58,986 bases of DNA, taken from the NCBI GenBank assembly GCA_043716775.1, contig JAYSYB010000045.1, positions 1 to 58,986 of the forward strand, given 5' to 3'. A model generated the notes under the pieces. That model made no database searches. It was given only the letters and a program-made list of their open reading frames with translations, and was not told where the DNA came from. Source of the DNA: Rubrivivax sp. Its GTDB lineage: Bacteria > Pseudomonadota > Gammaproteobacteria > Burkholderiales > Burkholderiaceae_C. The position numbers and the translations under genes are program-made. Below, in pieces: positions 18,242-28,556 of the stretch (its first letter is position 1; each line of letters begins with the position of its first letter).

Positions 18242-19066
18242 TCAGCGCGGTGCTTTTAGCAGATCATGCAGGTGGCGCACCGGAATTGCGTAGCTGATGC
18301 CGGTGGGGTTGCTGAGTGCGCTTTCACGACCGGCCTTCACCAGCACCATGTTGACGATGCCCACCACGCGGCCGCTGTCGGCGTCCAGCACCGGCCCACC
18401 GCTGTTGCCAGGGTAGGCTGTGGCGTCAAGCTGCAGGACTTCGTAGTTGCCCTCACGCAGGCGCACTAGCGCGCGTGGGTCGAGCTGCCGCGCCGTGGCC
18501 GCCGGCAGCGCGGCAGCGGTGATGGACGCGATGATTCCGCGGTGGGACACGGCGGCAAAGCCCAGCGTGCCGCCAATCGGAAAGCCCATCAGCGTGATCG
18601 ATTGGCCTTCGCGCGCGGCGCCAGGCTCGTCCAGCTGAAGCGGCGTCAGCGGCGTGCCTTCGATCTTCAGCAGCGCCAGGTCGTGTGAGCGGTCGGTGCC
18701 CACCACCCGCGCGCGGCGCAGCTGACCGGTCTGCCCGCTGGGCCCGGTGGCGTCACCTGGCTTGCCCGCCGGCGTCACTGGCACCACCAGCACCACTATC
18801 ACCGGCCCGCCTTCTGTCTCGCCGGCCGGTGGCAGCACGTGGAAATTGGTGACCACGAAGCTGCCATCACCCACCACGAAGCCGGTGCCGCGAAAGCCGA
18901 AACGCGGGCTGTCGGTGGCATTGAAAGTGCCCACCGGCAACACCGATGGCTTGGCAGCGGCAATCACCGACACCAGATCGGCCTGGGCTGTTTGGGCCAG
19001 CAGCGCGGACAACAGCAGCGCTGCTGATGCAACCAGACACGTGCGGCGGGCGATCACGGGCGTCAC
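18242..19066 (-). CDS. Exported trypsin-like serine protease (no PDZ domain)
   Basis: Signal peptide ending AQA; TNFHV, DLALL and YPGNSGGP triad; last gene of the prs operon. Confidence 0.87.
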   Translation of the reverse strand: MTPVIARRTCLVASAALLLSALLAQTAQADLVSVIAAAKPSVLPVGTFNATDSPRFGFRGTGFVVGDGSFVVTNFHVLPPAGETEGGPVIVVLVVPVTPAGKPGDATGPSGQTGQLRRARVVGTDRSHDLALLKIEGTPLTPLQLDEPGAAREGQSITLMGFPIGGTLGFAAVSHRGIIASITAAALPAATARQLDPRALVRLREGNYEVLQLDATAYPGNSGGPVLDADSGRVVGIVNMVLVKAGRESALSNPTGISYAIPVRHLHDLLKAPR

Positions 19067-19079
19067 GGGCGACTGCCCC

Positions 19080-21857
19080 TCAGAGCGATTTCAGGAGCGA
19101 TGCCACTTCGGCTTGCTCGGGAAACCCGTCACCCAGCTTGGCCAGGTCTTCGAGTTCAGCCCGTGCATAGGCCTTGTCGCCGGACTTGATGAGCAGCTTG
19201 GCCAGGGTCAGCTTCAGGCTCGGGTCGTTTGGTGCGCGGGCGATGGCCAGCTTCTGCAGCTCAATCGCCTTGGGAACCTTGTTGTCGGCCGCGTACGCCA
19301 GCGCCAGCGTGTCCATCAAGGGGCTGCGGCCGGGCATGATTTCGTTGGCCTGCTCGGCAAGAGTGACGGCACCGGGCTTGCCTTGTTTGACCATCAGCCA
19401 TGCCACGTTGTTCAGGGCCAGCGCATTGCGCGGCTGAAGCTCGATCACCGCGCGGTAGTGCCCCTCTGCGGCGGCGAAATCGCTGCGCGCCAGCGCGGTG
19501 TCCCCCAGGTAGTAGCGGAAGGCCGGGTCCTTGGGCTTGTCCTTGAGCCAATCGGTAACCAGCTTGTCCGCCTCCGCCGTCTTGCCACCCGCACGCAGCG
19601 CGCTGTGCAGGCGCACAACAGCGTCAGTGTTCTTGTTCATGTTGAACGCGGTGCGGTAGGAAGCCGCCGCCGCATCCCAGTTCTTGCGCGTGGCTTCCAC
19701 GTCGCCTTCCAGGGAATGGACCATGGGGTCCGACGGGTCCTGCTTCTGCATCTCACGCACGAGAGCCAGGGCCTCTTGCGGCTTCTTCTCGGCCAGCGCC
19801 ACCAAGACCAGCCCCCGTTTGGCCACCAGCAAGTCAGGCCGGATCTCCAGCGCTCTGCGCAGTGCGCGTCGGGCACCGTCGGCGTCCCTGTTGGCCGCGA
19901 GCGCTTCCGCCAGCCGGACCTGGTAGCCGGCATTCACTGGCGCCAGCGCAGTCAGCTTGGTGTAGGTGGACACGGCTTGCTCGGGGCTGCCAGCGGCCAC
20001 CTGCGTGCGGCCGAGCGCTTCCATGATTTCCAGGTTGTTGGGCAGGGCGGCGGTGGCTTCGCGCGCGGCATTGAGCGCCGCCTTCGCGTCGTTGGGCAGC
20101 AGCTGCGTGACCAGCACCAGGTGCGGCATGGGTTCGCTGGGGTTGGACTTGATGGCTGCACGCAACTGCGTCAGGACTTCTTCCGGCGCCGCGCCGGTGC
20201 GAACGCCCAGTTCTGCCAGGGCCAGCATGGCCTGGTGGTTGTTCGGCTGCACCTTGATGAGTTCTTCAAACCGTTTGCGCGCCAGTTCCGGTTTGCCTGC
20301 GCTCAAGTCGATGGCGGCCAGGCTGGCGACGGCCGGAAAGTAGCTCGGGTCCTTGCTCAGCGCGGCCTCAAACGCCTTTGTGGCGCCGGGAATGTCGCGC
20401 TTGAGCAGCAGCACCCGGCCGCGCAGGTTGTAGGCCAGAGGGCGGTCGGGCGTCTTCTTTTCCAGGCCGTCGATGGCCTTGAGCGCGCCGGCCAGGTCGT
20501 TCTGCTTGAGCCGTGCACTGATGAGTGCGATGTCCGCGCGCGGGCCTTTGTCTTCGGCTGCGATGGCCTCCAGTTGCGTCACCGCGCCCGCACTGTTGCC
20601 ACGTGCCACCTGCGCCATCGCGGCAGAAGTGCGCACCCGGTTGTCGTTGGGTGAAACCTTGGCCGCGAGCGCAAAGGCGGCGTCGGACCGCTTGGTGTCG
20701 CCCGCTTGCAGATAGGCCTCACCGGCCAGCGCCAGGCTGGTGCCGTCGGGTGTCTTGCTTTCGGTCACCGGCTGCAGGATTTCAACCGCCTTCATGGGCT
20801 GGTTGGTGCGCAGGTAGGTCTGCGCCAGCAACTGCCGCGACATCAGCATGCCAGGCGCGTTTTTCAGCGCGCGCGCCAGGAAGGCTTCGGCTTCGGTGTA
20901 GCGCCGCTGCCGGTAGTCGGCAGCGCCGGCCAGTTCCAGCACGCGAGGGTGGTCGGGCATGCCCTTGAGCAGGCGGTCGGTGATTTCGCGCGTGGTCTTG
21001 TAGTCCTTGTTGGCGTAGGCAAACTGGGCTTCAAAGAACAACGTGTCGGGGTGGTTTGGCACCGCCTTCTTGAGCTGGTCGAATTGCACCTTCGCTTCGT
21101 CGATCTTGTTCTGCTCGGTCAGGATCGTGATGACCGACGTATGCGCACCGACCGCCTTCGGGTTGGCGGCCAGCACCTTCCTGAAGCTCTCAAGCGCACC
21201 GGCGGTGTCCTTCTTGCCGTGCCACAGCATTTCGCCTTTCAACACGCCGCCGCGTTCGTCGCCGGGGGCTTTGGCCAGCGCCGGCTCCAGCAGCGCCAGC
21301 GCGCCGTCGAAGTCGCCTTCCGACGCCTGCAAACGGGCCTTGAGAACCACCGCAGGCAGGTACCCTGGCACCAATTGCAGTGCGCTGGTGATGGAGCCGC
21401 GGGCGCTGTCCTTGTTGTTGCTGATCAGGTGCGCCGTGGCGATCGACGTCGCAAGGTCCGCAGCCGCTTCGGTTTCCTTGAGGCGCAGCTTGCCAAACTG
21501 GGCCAGCAGCTTCTTTTCGTCGCCCATCAGCAGCATGGCGCGCGCCAGCGGCGGCACCACTTGCTCTTCGGGCGTTTGCAGTTCTTGCGCCTTGTTGAAT
21601 TCGACCACCGCAGAAACCGGGTCGCCACTGTCCAGCAAGGCCTTGCCCAGTAAAAGCCGGGCTTCTGCATAGTCGGGCTGCTTCTGCAGCGCGCTCTTGA
21701 ACTGGATGATCGCGCCGGGCAGGTTTTGTTGCTCCAGCAGTTCCTTGCCCGACGCGGTGAGGTCAGCCTCCGACTTGCCACCGCAGGCAACCATTGCCGC
21801 AGCCGCGACCACAGCAACAAGAGCAAGTCGGTTCATGCGGTGCTTAGCGGTGGCCAT
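19080..21857 (-). CDS. prsT: PEP-CTERM system TPR-repeat lipoprotein PrsT
   Basis: Lipobox MVAC; 925 aa of TPR repeats; AIIQFKSALQ and ALNNVAW motifs; follows prsK-prsR. Confidence 0.9.
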   Translation of the reverse strand: MATAKHRMNRLALVAVVAAAAMVACGGKSEADLTASGKELLEQQNLPGAIIQFKSALQKQPDYAEARLLLGKALLDSGDPVSAVVEFNKAQELQTPEEQVVPPLARAMLLMGDEKKLLAQFGKLRLKETEAAADLATSIATAHLISNNKDSARGSITSALQLVPGYLPAVVLKARLQASEGDFDGALALLEPALAKAPGDERGGVLKGEMLWHGKKDTAGALESFRKVLAANPKAVGAHTSVITILTEQNKIDEAKVQFDQLKKAVPNHPDTLFFEAQFAYANKDYKTTREITDRLLKGMPDHPRVLELAGAADYRQRRYTEAEAFLARALKNAPGMLMSRQLLAQTYLRTNQPMKAVEILQPVTESKTPDGTSLALAGEAYLQAGDTKRSDAAFALAAKVSPNDNRVRTSAAMAQVARGNSAGAVTQLEAIAAEDKGPRADIALISARLKQNDLAGALKAIDGLEKKTPDRPLAYNLRGRVLLLKRDIPGATKAFEAALSKDPSYFPAVASLAAIDLSAGKPELARKRFEELIKVQPNNHQAMLALAELGVRTGAAPEEVLTQLRAAIKSNPSEPMPHLVLVTQLLPNDAKAALNAAREATAALPNNLEIMEALGRTQVAAGSPEQAVSTYTKLTALAPVNAGYQVRLAEALAANRDADGARRALRRALEIRPDLLVAKRGLVLVALAEKKPQEALALVREMQKQDPSDPMVHSLEGDVEATRKNWDAAAASYRTAFNMNKNTDAVVRLHSALRAGGKTAEADKLVTDWLKDKPKDPAFRYYLGDTALARSDFAAAEGHYRAVIELQPRNALALNNVAWLMVKQGKPGAVTLAEQANEIMPGRSPLMDTLALAYAADNKVPKAIELQKLAIARAPNDPSLKLTLAKLLIKSGDKAYARAELEDLAKLGDGFPEQAEVASLLKSL

Positions 21858-21970
21858 GGGTTCAGGTCTTTCGTTGCAAGGGTTCAGCGCAAGGCAGAAG
21901 TCTAGTCACAGGCGCGGTGTGCGCACATCCCGAGAGCGCTTGATGACGCCGATCCGGGCCGTGCGGAAGG

Positions 21971-23332
21971 TCACTTGATGGACAGCTTGCGCATCAGGTC
22001 ATACAGCGTCGGCCTGCTGATGCCCAACATCTCGGAGGCCTTGACGATGTTGCCGTTGGTGCGCGCCAGGGCAGCCACGATGGCCTGTCTCTCTGCGGCT
22101 TCACGCACAGTGCGCAAGTCGAGGTCGGAGTGTTCGGTCTTGGCGCCGCCGCTGGGGGGCGCGAGCCCCAGGTCGTCGCAAGTCAGGCGGTCGCCTTCGG
22201 CCATGATGGACGCACGTTTGATCGCATTCAGCAGCTCGCGCACATTGCCAGGCCAGGTGTGCTGTTCAATGGCCTGCAGGGCATCCTCGGTGAAGTGCAG
22301 CGTGCCGCGGCGCTGGTCCTGCGCGAAGCGGCGCAGGAAGGCGTGCGACAGCAACACGGCGTCGCCAGTTCGCGCGCGCAACGGCGGAATGTTGACGACG
22401 ATTTCGGCCAGACGGTAGTACAGATCCTCTCGAAACCGGGTTTCGGCAATCAGCGTCTTCAGGTCCTGGTGAGTAGCGCAGACCACGCGCACGTCGACGG
22501 GAATCTCGCTTCGCCCGCCCAGCCGCTCGATCGTGCGTTGCTGCAGAAAGCGCAGCAGTTTGGCTTGCAGCGAATGCGGCAGGTCACCAATCTCGTCCAG
22601 CATCAGCGTGCCGTTGTGGGCGGTTTCAATCTTGCCTGGCGTCGTTTTGCCAGCGCCGGTGAAAGCGCCTTTTTCGTAGCCAAAGAGTTCGCTTTCCAAC
22701 AGGTTTTCAGGGATCGCGGCGCAGTTGATGGCAACGAAGCGGCCGGTTCGCTTGCTGGCCGCGTGCACACCCTGCGCCAACACTTCCTTGCCGGTGCCGC
22801 TTTCACCCAGCAACAACACCGTGGCGTCGCTGGATGAGACGCGTTCTATGGTGCGGCAAATGCGCAGCATGTCGGCGTCGCGCGTGATCAGGCCGGCCAG
22901 CGCGTCGGGCTGGTTCAGTGTCTGCAGGCGGCGGTTCTCGGCCTGCAGTTCAGCCATGCGGCTGGCGCGCTCGACGGTGAGGATCAGCACCTCGGGCTCG
23001 AAAGGCTTGGCCAGGAAGTCGTAGGCGCCCATGGACACCGCACGCAATGCGTTGGCCTGGTCGTTCTGGCCTGTCAGCACGATGATCTTGGTGTTGGGCT
23101 CGACGTCCAGAATCTGTTCCAGCAGCTTGAAGCCTTCAGACACCGAGTCGGGGTCGGGCGGCAAGCCAAGGTCCATCGTCACCACCGCAGGCTGGTGGCG
23201 GCGCACCTGCAGCAGGGCACTTTCACGGTCGCTGGCGGTGACGGACTCGTAGCGGTCCAGTGTCCACTTGATCTGCTTCTGCAGCGCGAGGTCGTCTTCG
23301 ACGATGAGCAGGGGGGTGTCCTGAACGCTCAT
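21971..23332 (-). CDS. prsR: PEP-CTERM-box sigma54-dependent response regulator
   Basis: Receiver domain (MDLGLPP), GESGTGKE, GAFTGA, WPGNVREL and C-terminal HTH LGISRPTLYDL. Confidence 0.93.
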   Translation of the reverse strand: MSVQDTPLLIVEDDLALQKQIKWTLDRYESVTASDRESALLQVRRHQPAVVTMDLGLPPDPDSVSEGFKLLEQILDVEPNTKIIVLTGQNDQANALRAVSMGAYDFLAKPFEPEVLILTVERASRMAELQAENRRLQTLNQPDALAGLITRDADMLRICRTIERVSSSDATVLLLGESGTGKEVLAQGVHAASKRTGRFVAINCAAIPENLLESELFGYEKGAFTGAGKTTPGKIETAHNGTLMLDEIGDLPHSLQAKLLRFLQQRTIERLGGRSEIPVDVRVVCATHQDLKTLIAETRFREDLYYRLAEIVVNIPPLRARTGDAVLLSHAFLRRFAQDQRRGTLHFTEDALQAIEQHTWPGNVRELLNAIKRASIMAEGDRLTCDDLGLAPPSGGAKTEHSDLDLRTVREAAERQAIVAALARTNGNIVKASEMLGISRPTLYDLMRKLSIK

Positions 23333-25437
23333 GGCGCACCCGTTCGCATCAAGTCAGAACCGTGCTGCGCTTCAAATAGCGGCAGCAGCACGGTGATGGT
23401 GGTGCCCGCACCGGGGTGGCTGACCACGCTCAAAGTGCCGCCAAGTTCGCGGATGTACTGGAAGCTTTCGTAGGTGCCGATGCCCATGCCATTGTGTTTG
23501 GTGGTGTTGAAGGGCCTGAAGAGGCGCGTGCGTACAAATTCTTCTGTCATGCCGGCCCCGGTGTCCCCCACCTCGACCTTCACCTGCCCGCTGTAGCGGG
23601 CAGTCTTGATCCACACCTTGCCGGCTGCGGGCGTGGCGTCCAGTGCGTTTTGAAGCAGGTGCCCCAGAACCCGTTCAAGGCGGTCTTCATGCCCGCGGGT
23701 GGACAGTCGGTCAGTCTCTTCGACATCCAGTTCCCGCCCCTGCGAACGCGCCAGACCCACGAGCTTGCGCACGATGGCTGACAGCTCCACACCGCGGCTG
23801 CCGCCGGGTGGCGTGGCACCTTCGCGCAACTGCAGCATGAGCCGTCTCATCTTCTCAAGCGAGCTCTCCACGGTCAACAGCATGTCTTGCTGGAACTCCC
23901 GGTTGTCGTGCAGCCGTTCCGCATTCTTCAGCATCAGCGAGAGCTGGGCGACGATGTTCTTGAGGTCGTGCACGACAAAGGCCGACATGCGGTTGAAGGC
24001 TTCGAACTTGCGTGCGTCCAGCAGCGCCTCGGTGGCCTGCATCTGTGCCAGGTAACCAGCGGCCTGGCGGCCCGCAGTCTTCAGCAAATCCAGCACTTCC
24101 CAGTTCAGCTTGATGGCCGTGATGGGCCGCGACAGCACCACAAAACCGAGCAGTTCGCTGCCCACCAGCAGGGGCACCACGAGCCAGCCGTTGCGCGCGC
24201 CCAGCAACCATGTGGGCAGTGCAAGCGCCCCGTAGCGGCGCGGTGAAGAGCGGAACTCATCCAGGTCAATGACCCAGCCATTGGCCTGCAAGAACGCGCA
24301 CAGCGACGAATCGGGCGGCTCAGTGTCGGTAACTTGCGGCGTGTTCCAAAAGGCGCTTTGGGTGAAGGGTTCACCGGTGCCGTTACGCGTCCACAGGCTG
24401 CCGGCAGGGCATTCGACCATTTTGGACAGGCCGCGCACGATCAGCTCGCCCATTTCCTGCGGCGAGCGCTTCGCCGACAGCATGGCCGTGAAGCGCAACC
24501 ACTCTTCCCGGTAGTCATATCGGTAGCGGTAGAAGTGCTTGCCCACAAACACACGCAGCCAGGACCGCAGCGCGCCCGAGAACACCAGCATGCCCAGGAA
24601 GGCCAGCCCTGCCACCAGCAGGCTGAGCTGCAATGCGCGGCCCCAGTTGCCGCCGAAGTAGCGCACGTAGTAGCCGACAGCGGCCATGAACAGCAAGTAC
24701 GCACCAGCCAGGATCAGCGTCGCCGAGTAGAAGGCCGCCGCGCGTGAGACCTGCAACTTGACGATCCAGTTCGGCCCCCGCCGCGAAGCCACCAGCAGGA
24801 ACGGCACGGCCAGTGCGTGAATGGCGCCCCGCACACTCTGGGCGTCGGCATCGAAGCGGCCGAACAGCAGGCTTTCCGAATACAGGTAGATGTCGAACAG
24901 GAAGACGCAGGCCAGGCCCATGCACACCGGTTTGGCATTCCAGCGCGAGTCGTCACCGAGGTTGCGAAAGATCTGCTCCACCATCAGCAGGCCACACACA
25001 GGCAGCGACAACAACGCAGCGATCAGCGGCCTGTTGAGCTGGGTGTCAGCCGTCTGCGCGGCCTGGGCCAAAGCCAGCACCGCCGCGACGACGATGCACG
25101 CGGCCGCCACCCAGCGCAGGCCCAGCACGGAGGACTGTCTCCGCACCCCGCGGGGTGGGTCCAAGCGCGCCAACAGGAAGACGAACCACAGCGCATAACG
25201 CCCCAGGTCCAGACCCAGCGCCAACCACATCGCAACCACATCGTTCCAGACCGCGCCCCAGAGGCTGACCGCCGCCCAGCCTGCGGTTGCCAGCAGCGCC
25301 GCCAGAAAAGGCCAAGCCGCCCGCTTGTCGGTGGACACGGTACGCCCTGTGACCAGCAGGTAGACCACCAGGGCGGCGTGGACCAGCAGCGCCAAGCCAT
25401 AGCCATAAGTAGAGACTTGATCGGGCAACGCGCTCAT
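23329..25437 (-). CDS. prsK: PEP-CTERM system histidine kinase
   Basis: Multi-TM N-terminus; YRYDYREEWLRF, FNRMSAFVVHDLKN and GMGIG. ATG 25437 chosen because the longer ORF overlaps the upstream gene. Confidence 0.92.
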   Translation of the reverse strand: MSALPDQVSTYGYGLALLVHAALVVYLLVTGRTVSTDKRAAWPFLAALLATAGWAAVSLWGAVWNDVVAMWLALGLDLGRYALWFVFLLARLDPPRGVRRQSSVLGLRWVAAACIVVAAVLALAQAAQTADTQLNRPLIAALLSLPVCGLLMVEQIFRNLGDDSRWNAKPVCMGLACVFLFDIYLYSESLLFGRFDADAQSVRGAIHALAVPFLLVASRRGPNWIVKLQVSRAAAFYSATLILAGAYLLFMAAVGYYVRYFGGNWGRALQLSLLVAGLAFLGMLVFSGALRSWLRVFVGKHFYRYRYDYREEWLRFTAMLSAKRSPQEMGELIVRGLSKMVECPAGSLWTRNGTGEPFTQSAFWNTPQVTDTEPPDSSLCAFLQANGWVIDLDEFRSSPRRYGALALPTWLLGARNGWLVVPLLVGSELLGFVVLSRPITAIKLNWEVLDLLKTAGRQAAGYLAQMQATEALLDARKFEAFNRMSAFVVHDLKNIVAQLSLMLKNAERLHDNREFQQDMLLTVESSLEKMRRLMLQLREGATPPGGSRGVELSAIVRKLVGLARSQGRELDVEETDRLSTRGHEDRLERVLGHLLQNALDATPAAGKVWIKTARYSGQVKVEVGDTGAGMTEEFVRTRLFRPFNTTKHNGMGIGTYESFQYIRELGGTLSVVSHPGAGTTITVLLPLFEAQHGSDLMRTGAP

Positions 25438-25534
25438 GGGCAGTGGCTGGCTTGGCCCGATTGACCCATCGGCATCAAAGCTTGCAGCCGCGCCCTTGGT
25501 TGGGTTGGCGTCTTTGGCGGCTTCGGCGTGAGTC

Positions 25535-26917
25535 TCAGCGTGCGCCTTTGCCGGTAAGCACCACACCCACCGTTTCCATCAGGACCACAAGGTCCAGGAA
25601 CAGGGTGTGGTTCTTGACGTAGTAGAGGTCGTATTGCAACTTTTCCTGAGAATCTTCAACGGTCGCGCCATAAGGGTATCGCACCTGGGCCCACCCCGTC
25701 ACGCCCGGTTTGACACTGTGCCGCAGTGCGTAAAAGGGAATTTCCTGCGTCAGCTGATCGACAAAGAAGGGACGCTCTGGGCGCGGTCCGACCAAGCTCA
25801 TGTCACCGCGCAGCACATTGAAAAGTTGGGGCAGTTCGTCGATGCGAAGGCGCCGGATGATGTGGCCGACGCGCGTGACGCGGTCGTCATTGGCGCTGGC
25901 CCAGCGTGGCTTGCCGTCTTTCTCGGCGTCGGTGCGCATGCTGCGGAACTTGGCGATGCTGAAGCTGCGGCCGTTCTGGCCCACGCGGTCCTGCCGGTAA
26001 AGAAGCGGGCCGGCGCTTTCGAGCTTGATGAACACCGCCGCCACCAGCATGAGGGGCGCCGACAGCACACACAGAACGGTTGCACTGAGAATGTCGAATA
26101 CGCGCTTTACCCCAGTGCGCCAGGCACCTTGGTTGAAGCCATCACCAAAGATGAGCCAGCTAGCGCTGAGGAAGTCGATGCGAATCTGCCCCAGGGTCTT
26201 CTCGAAATGCGTGTTCAGGTCGTAGACCTTGGTGCCCGAGGCCTTGCAGTCCAGGAGCTGACGCAAAGGCATGCTCCCCGATCGACGCTCGGTCAGCGCC
26301 ACAACGATCTCGTCTACGCCAAGCCGGTGAGCCATTCTTGGCAGCGTGTCGTCCAACTCGAGGATTTGCTGTGCCGGCACGGCGGGTTCCCTCTCATTGG
26401 GCCCTGCCAGATACCCCACGATGTCCGCATTCGGATCCGCTGAGCGCAGCGTGTTGCCCACCACCAGGGCGGCAGGACCGGCGCCGAAGATCATGATGCG
26501 TGTGCGACGCGTCTGCGCGCCAGAGGCGTGGGACAGGTAGGCGCGCCGCAGGATCAGCGCCGCTACGCCGGCCATCATCGAGAACTGAATGCTGGAGCGG
26601 TCTGCAAAACTGGATGGCAGTAGCCCGAAGATGGCATAGGCAAGAGGCAACGCCACAAGCAACACCAGCAAAGCGCGGGCCATTGACCGCCCCACCGTGC
26701 CGGAGGTGGCCGTTTCGTACAAGCCAGAGGCGCTGTTGATGACAAACAGGCATGCCGCGAAAGAAACGACATGCGTACCTGCCAGCGGGACAGCACGATC
26801 AATGCTACCCAGGTTGAAGCTCACGGCCACCAAAGCCACCAGCAGGACCAAAATCAGATCAAAGATGATCCCGCGCAAAGCGGCCCGATGCACGTAGTGG
26901 TTGAATATTCGAATCAT
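25535..26917 (-). CDS. Priming sugar transferase, PEP-CTERM/XrtA system (TIGR03013-like)
   Basis: MIRIFNHY start; KRVFD, KFRSM, RIDELPQ, MSLVGPRPERP and KPGVTGWAQV motifs. Confidence 0.92.
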   Translation of the reverse strand: MIRIFNHYVHRAALRGIIFDLILVLLVALVAVSFNLGSIDRAVPLAGTHVVSFAACLFVINSASGLYETATSGTVGRSMARALLVLLVALPLAYAIFGLLPSSFADRSSIQFSMMAGVAALILRRAYLSHASGAQTRRTRIMIFGAGPAALVVGNTLRSADPNADIVGYLAGPNEREPAVPAQQILELDDTLPRMAHRLGVDEIVVALTERRSGSMPLRQLLDCKASGTKVYDLNTHFEKTLGQIRIDFLSASWLIFGDGFNQGAWRTGVKRVFDILSATVLCVLSAPLMLVAAVFIKLESAGPLLYRQDRVGQNGRSFSIAKFRSMRTDAEKDGKPRWASANDDRVTRVGHIIRRLRIDELPQLFNVLRGDMSLVGPRPERPFFVDQLTQEIPFYALRHSVKPGVTGWAQVRYPYGATVEDSQEKLQYDLYYVKNHTLFLDLVVLMETVGVVLTGKGAR

Positions 26918-27522
26918 GTTAGTCGCAGTTAGTGGCATGAAGCCAGCAGAAAGTGCGATTCGCACGTTGCCGCCCATGGTCGTGCAGAGTGCGGTCAGAG
27001 CGAAGACGCCCCCATTGTTCACACTTGCCGAAAAGACTGTAAGAGCTAGCCAGAGCCAGCAGCAAGCCCCGTGTTCGGGGGGCTCCCTTGCCCCCTTTTG
27101 ATGATGTTGAAGGACAAGTTTCGGCCGCCAAAACAAGAGCTGACCTCGTTGCCGTAGTGTTCACGGGTCAGGCGACGCCTCGGGAACTCCCTCAAACATG
27201 CTCAGGTTCCGCGAGCTCAAGGTTACGCATTCCTCTGGGAATTTATGCGCGCCAAGTTCGATTTGCGCCAATCCGATGTCCAATCGTGCACGAAATCGGG
27301 GGATGGCCGTGCCGTGTTTGATGATGCGCCGTACGCTCATCGGTCGAACGCGCTTGCTGAGGTCCAACACAGGCATTGATGAGTCGTCGCAATGTGAACG
27401 CGGTGGTGTACTGGCCGCTTTGAGTTGAGCAGCGCGAGTGCCGCTTACTATCCGCGTTGATTGAGTTTTCGCCAGCTTCGAGTCTTGGCGCTCGGACCCG
27501 CTGACTTTCCTGGGATACAGCC

Positions 27523-28494
27523 TTGATTGAGACCGCACGAAGCCTTGACCTTGCCCGCCGCACTTTGGATATCGAAGCGCGGGCCATTCTCGGGATCAAA
27601 AGCCAGCTGGGCGAAGCCTTTACTCAAGCCGTGCAAGCGATCCTTTCCAGCACGGGCCGGGTGGTTGTCACAGGCATGGGAAAGAGCGGGCACGTCGGAC
27701 GCAAAATTGCATCGACCTTGGCTTCCACCGGGACGCCGGCGCTATTCATGCACCCGGCGGAAGCAAGCCATGGTGACCTTGGTATGCTGACAACTTCGGA
27801 CGTTATGCTTGCAATCTCCAATTCCGGCGAGAGCGATGAGCTCAACGTCATCATGCCGGTGGTCAAGCGGCTGGGTGTGCCGCTCATTGCTATTACGGGC
27901 CGAGCGGATTCCACATTGGGGCGCCAGGCCAACTTTGCACTTCTGTGCGTCGTTCAACAGGAGGCCTGCCCATTGAATCTTGCCCCAACTGCGAGTACCG
28001 CAGCCCAGATGGCGCTGGGTGATGCATTGGCTGTGGTGTTGCTGGAAGCCCGGGGCTTTCGTGAAGGTGACTTTGCCCGGTCCCATCCCGGGGGCAGCCT
28101 CGGGCGCAGGTTGCTGATTCATGTTCGTGATCTGATGCGCACCGGAACGAATTTGCCGGCGGTGCAGCCTCAGACCTCGTTTCTCGGCATGCTTCGCGAA
28201 ATGACATCCAAGGGGCTCGGCTTCGTGGCCGTCCTTGATGAGGGATCTCCTATCGGGATCTTTACTGACGGCGACCTGCGGCGACTCATTGAGGGTGGCA
28301 CCGATTTGCGCAACCTCACAGCCGGCGAAGTGATGAAAGCTCACCCCATTGTGATCTCGGATGAGGTTCTGGCGGCGGAGGCCGCGAGCATGATGGAGGC
28401 TCGCCGCATCACCGGCCTCTTGGTTGTCAATGCCCGAAATCATCTGGTCGGTGCGATCGGGATCAATGACTTGCTGCGGGCCAAAGTCATCTAG
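27523..28494 (+). CDS. KpsF/GutQ-family arabinose-5-phosphate isomerase (SIS + CBS domains)
   Basis: GMGKSGHVG, HPAEASHGDLG, EACPLNLAPT, HPGGSLG and GIFTDGDLRR. TTG start uncertain. Confidence 0.92.
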   Translation: MIETARSLDLARRTLDIEARAILGIKSQLGEAFTQAVQAILSSTGRVVVTGMGKSGHVGRKIASTLASTGTPALFMHPAEASHGDLGMLTTSDVMLAISNSGESDELNVIMPVVKRLGVPLIAITGRADSTLGRQANFALLCVVQQEACPLNLAPTASTAAQMALGDALAVVLLEARGFREGDFARSHPGGSLGRRLLIHVRDLMRTGTNLPAVQPQTSFLGMLREMTSKGLGFVAVLDEGSPIGIFTDGDLRRLIEGGTDLRNLTAGEVMKAHPIVISDEVLAAEAASMMEARRITGLLVVNARNHLVGAIGINDLLRAKVI

Positions 28495-28509
28495 ATTGGA
28501 TCCGACCAC

Positions 28510-28538
28510 AAAAAAGGCCCTGCTTAGCAGGGCCTTTT
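28510..28538. terminator. Bidirectional rho-independent terminator
   Basis: AAAAGGCCCTGC-TTA-GCAGGGCCTTTT perfect stem flanked by A and T tracts, between convergent genes. Confidence 0.85.
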
Positions 28539-28556
28539 ACTTGACGAGCAACCAGT

